This document shows, piece by piece, positions 62,990 through 64,000 of a stretch of DNA of 64,000 bases (positions within the stretch are counted from its first letter, which is position 1; each line of letters opens with the position of its first letter). The notes under the pieces are model-generated. The model ran no database searches, was not told where the DNA came from, and was given only the letters and a program-made list of their open reading frames with translations. Position numbers and translations under genes: made by a program. Origin of the DNA: Eledone cirrhosa (taxonomy: Eukaryota); assembly GCA_964016885.1 (NCBI GenBank), contig OZ024742.1, forward strand, positions 340,132,001 through 340,196,000, read 5' to 3'.

Positions 62990-64000
62990 GAGTCTGAACG
63001 GACGTCTTTTTGCTCGCTCCCGTAAGTTTATTTATTTATCTGTCAAAACTTATTTATTGAATTTTTGTTGTTGTGTAAGGCATACAAGCCCTTGGAATTT
63101 GCCCTGTGAAGGGGAAAGAATAATATTTGGACCTTTTGGCCCAAATATTTGAACTCTTTTGCATTTAAAAAAAAATTATCGAAAAAAAAACAAAAAAAAA
63201 AACGTGGCTGAGCCACGCCCCCAGCGATATATCTGCTGTCTTGCGACAACGACGTAAAAGTTGAGAGGAGCGCTACAGCAAAATTAATAGAAATTGATAC
63301 AACAAACACCACTACAAACAATGTGAACAAAGACAGCAATGATAACAACACTGAGAACTCTAATTTTGAAAAAAATGACAGTAACAGCGACAACGAAAAT
63401 ACAGATAACAGAAATAATGACAAATGCAACAACAATATCAACACCACTAACATGAAAACAAACAGCGACAACACCAACAGCAACAATACCAACTGCACCG
63501 AGAACAACGGCGGCACCAAAGACAATAATGATAACAGCGACAGTGATAACAACAACGCCAACAAGAACAACGACAACAACAACAACACACCCAACGACAA
63601 CAAGAAGAAGACTTTCGCTGCGGCAGCAGAAAAAAAGAGGCCATGCTTCAACATGGACCTCTCAAACAAAGATGAAAAGTTGGCCCAGGCCTGGAAGCTC
63701 ATCAAGCAAGATAAAACCTGGGCCAACTTAACAGTCCCGGTAGAAGCTATTGAGCCAGTGGAGCGCAGAACGGTGCATTATAGATGCATCTCAGCACAAA
63801 CCAAAAGGGCAGCTTTAATTCCACAAGCAGTTGTCGAAGTCGCGCTGAGGTGCATCAGAGATGACACTGAATACATAGCGAGAAGCAGACAGTACGGCAC
63901 CATTTCGGTGCTGTTCAAGTCAGAAACCCTCGCTATGAAACACACTATGACTCCTTGCAAAACCAGCAAGGTAATAATGTACCCCTCCCACATGGGAAAA
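62990..64000 (+). mobile_element. 5' end of a diverged Tx1 family (copy I) beginning right after (TTA)n; runs off the window
   Basis: (TTA)n at 62948-62989; 5' motif GGACGTCTTTTTGCTCGCTCCCGTAAGT resembles the 5' ends of A and G. Confidence 0.75.
63212..64000 (+). CDS. Partial Tx1 ORF1 homologue (not in the ORF track); start region damaged
   Basis: Open frame: Asn-rich tract, KKTFAAAAEK, RRTVHYRCISAQTKR...QYGTISVLFKSE...MYPSHMGK, aligning with LRTVVFRTILNKTKK...LYGSLSILMKDE...FFPTYMGK of copy A. Confidence 0.78.

Noticed and set aside
63043-63726. 227-aa hydrophobic minus-strand ORF
   Set aside because: Antisense shadow of the Asn-rich Tx1 ORF1 on the + strand.

Overview
Repeat-saturated, AT-rich eukaryotic non-coding window with no host gene that I can support. 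It is probably from an octopus, inferred from octopus-type tRNA-derived SINEs and the extreme (TA)n/(CA)n/(TATC)n density. Main contents: (1) nine copies of Tx1/L1-clade non-LTR retrotransposons on the + strand. Eight sit in or end in (TATC)n, including a 12.5-kb head-to-tail array of six copies. A diverged sister family starts right after (TTA)n. (2) A decayed Penelope-like element (RT + GIY-YIG) with an inverted 5' pseudo-LTR, about ten short copies of its 3' end in (TA)n tracts, and many fold-back palindromes carrying type-I hammerhead ribozyme motifs, two with intact cores. (3) A decayed CR1-clade LINE, a DD41D Tc1/mariner remnant, a probable solo LTR, RTE-like 5' UTR pieces, SINEs and three minisatellites (25, 30 and 47 bp). 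The most interesting signals are the microsatellite-specific retroelement niches, splice-donor motifs conserved at the Tx1 ORF1 stop codon and in the 5' UTR, and palindromes centred on hammerhead stems. Element boundaries were read by eye and may be off by a few to tens of bases.
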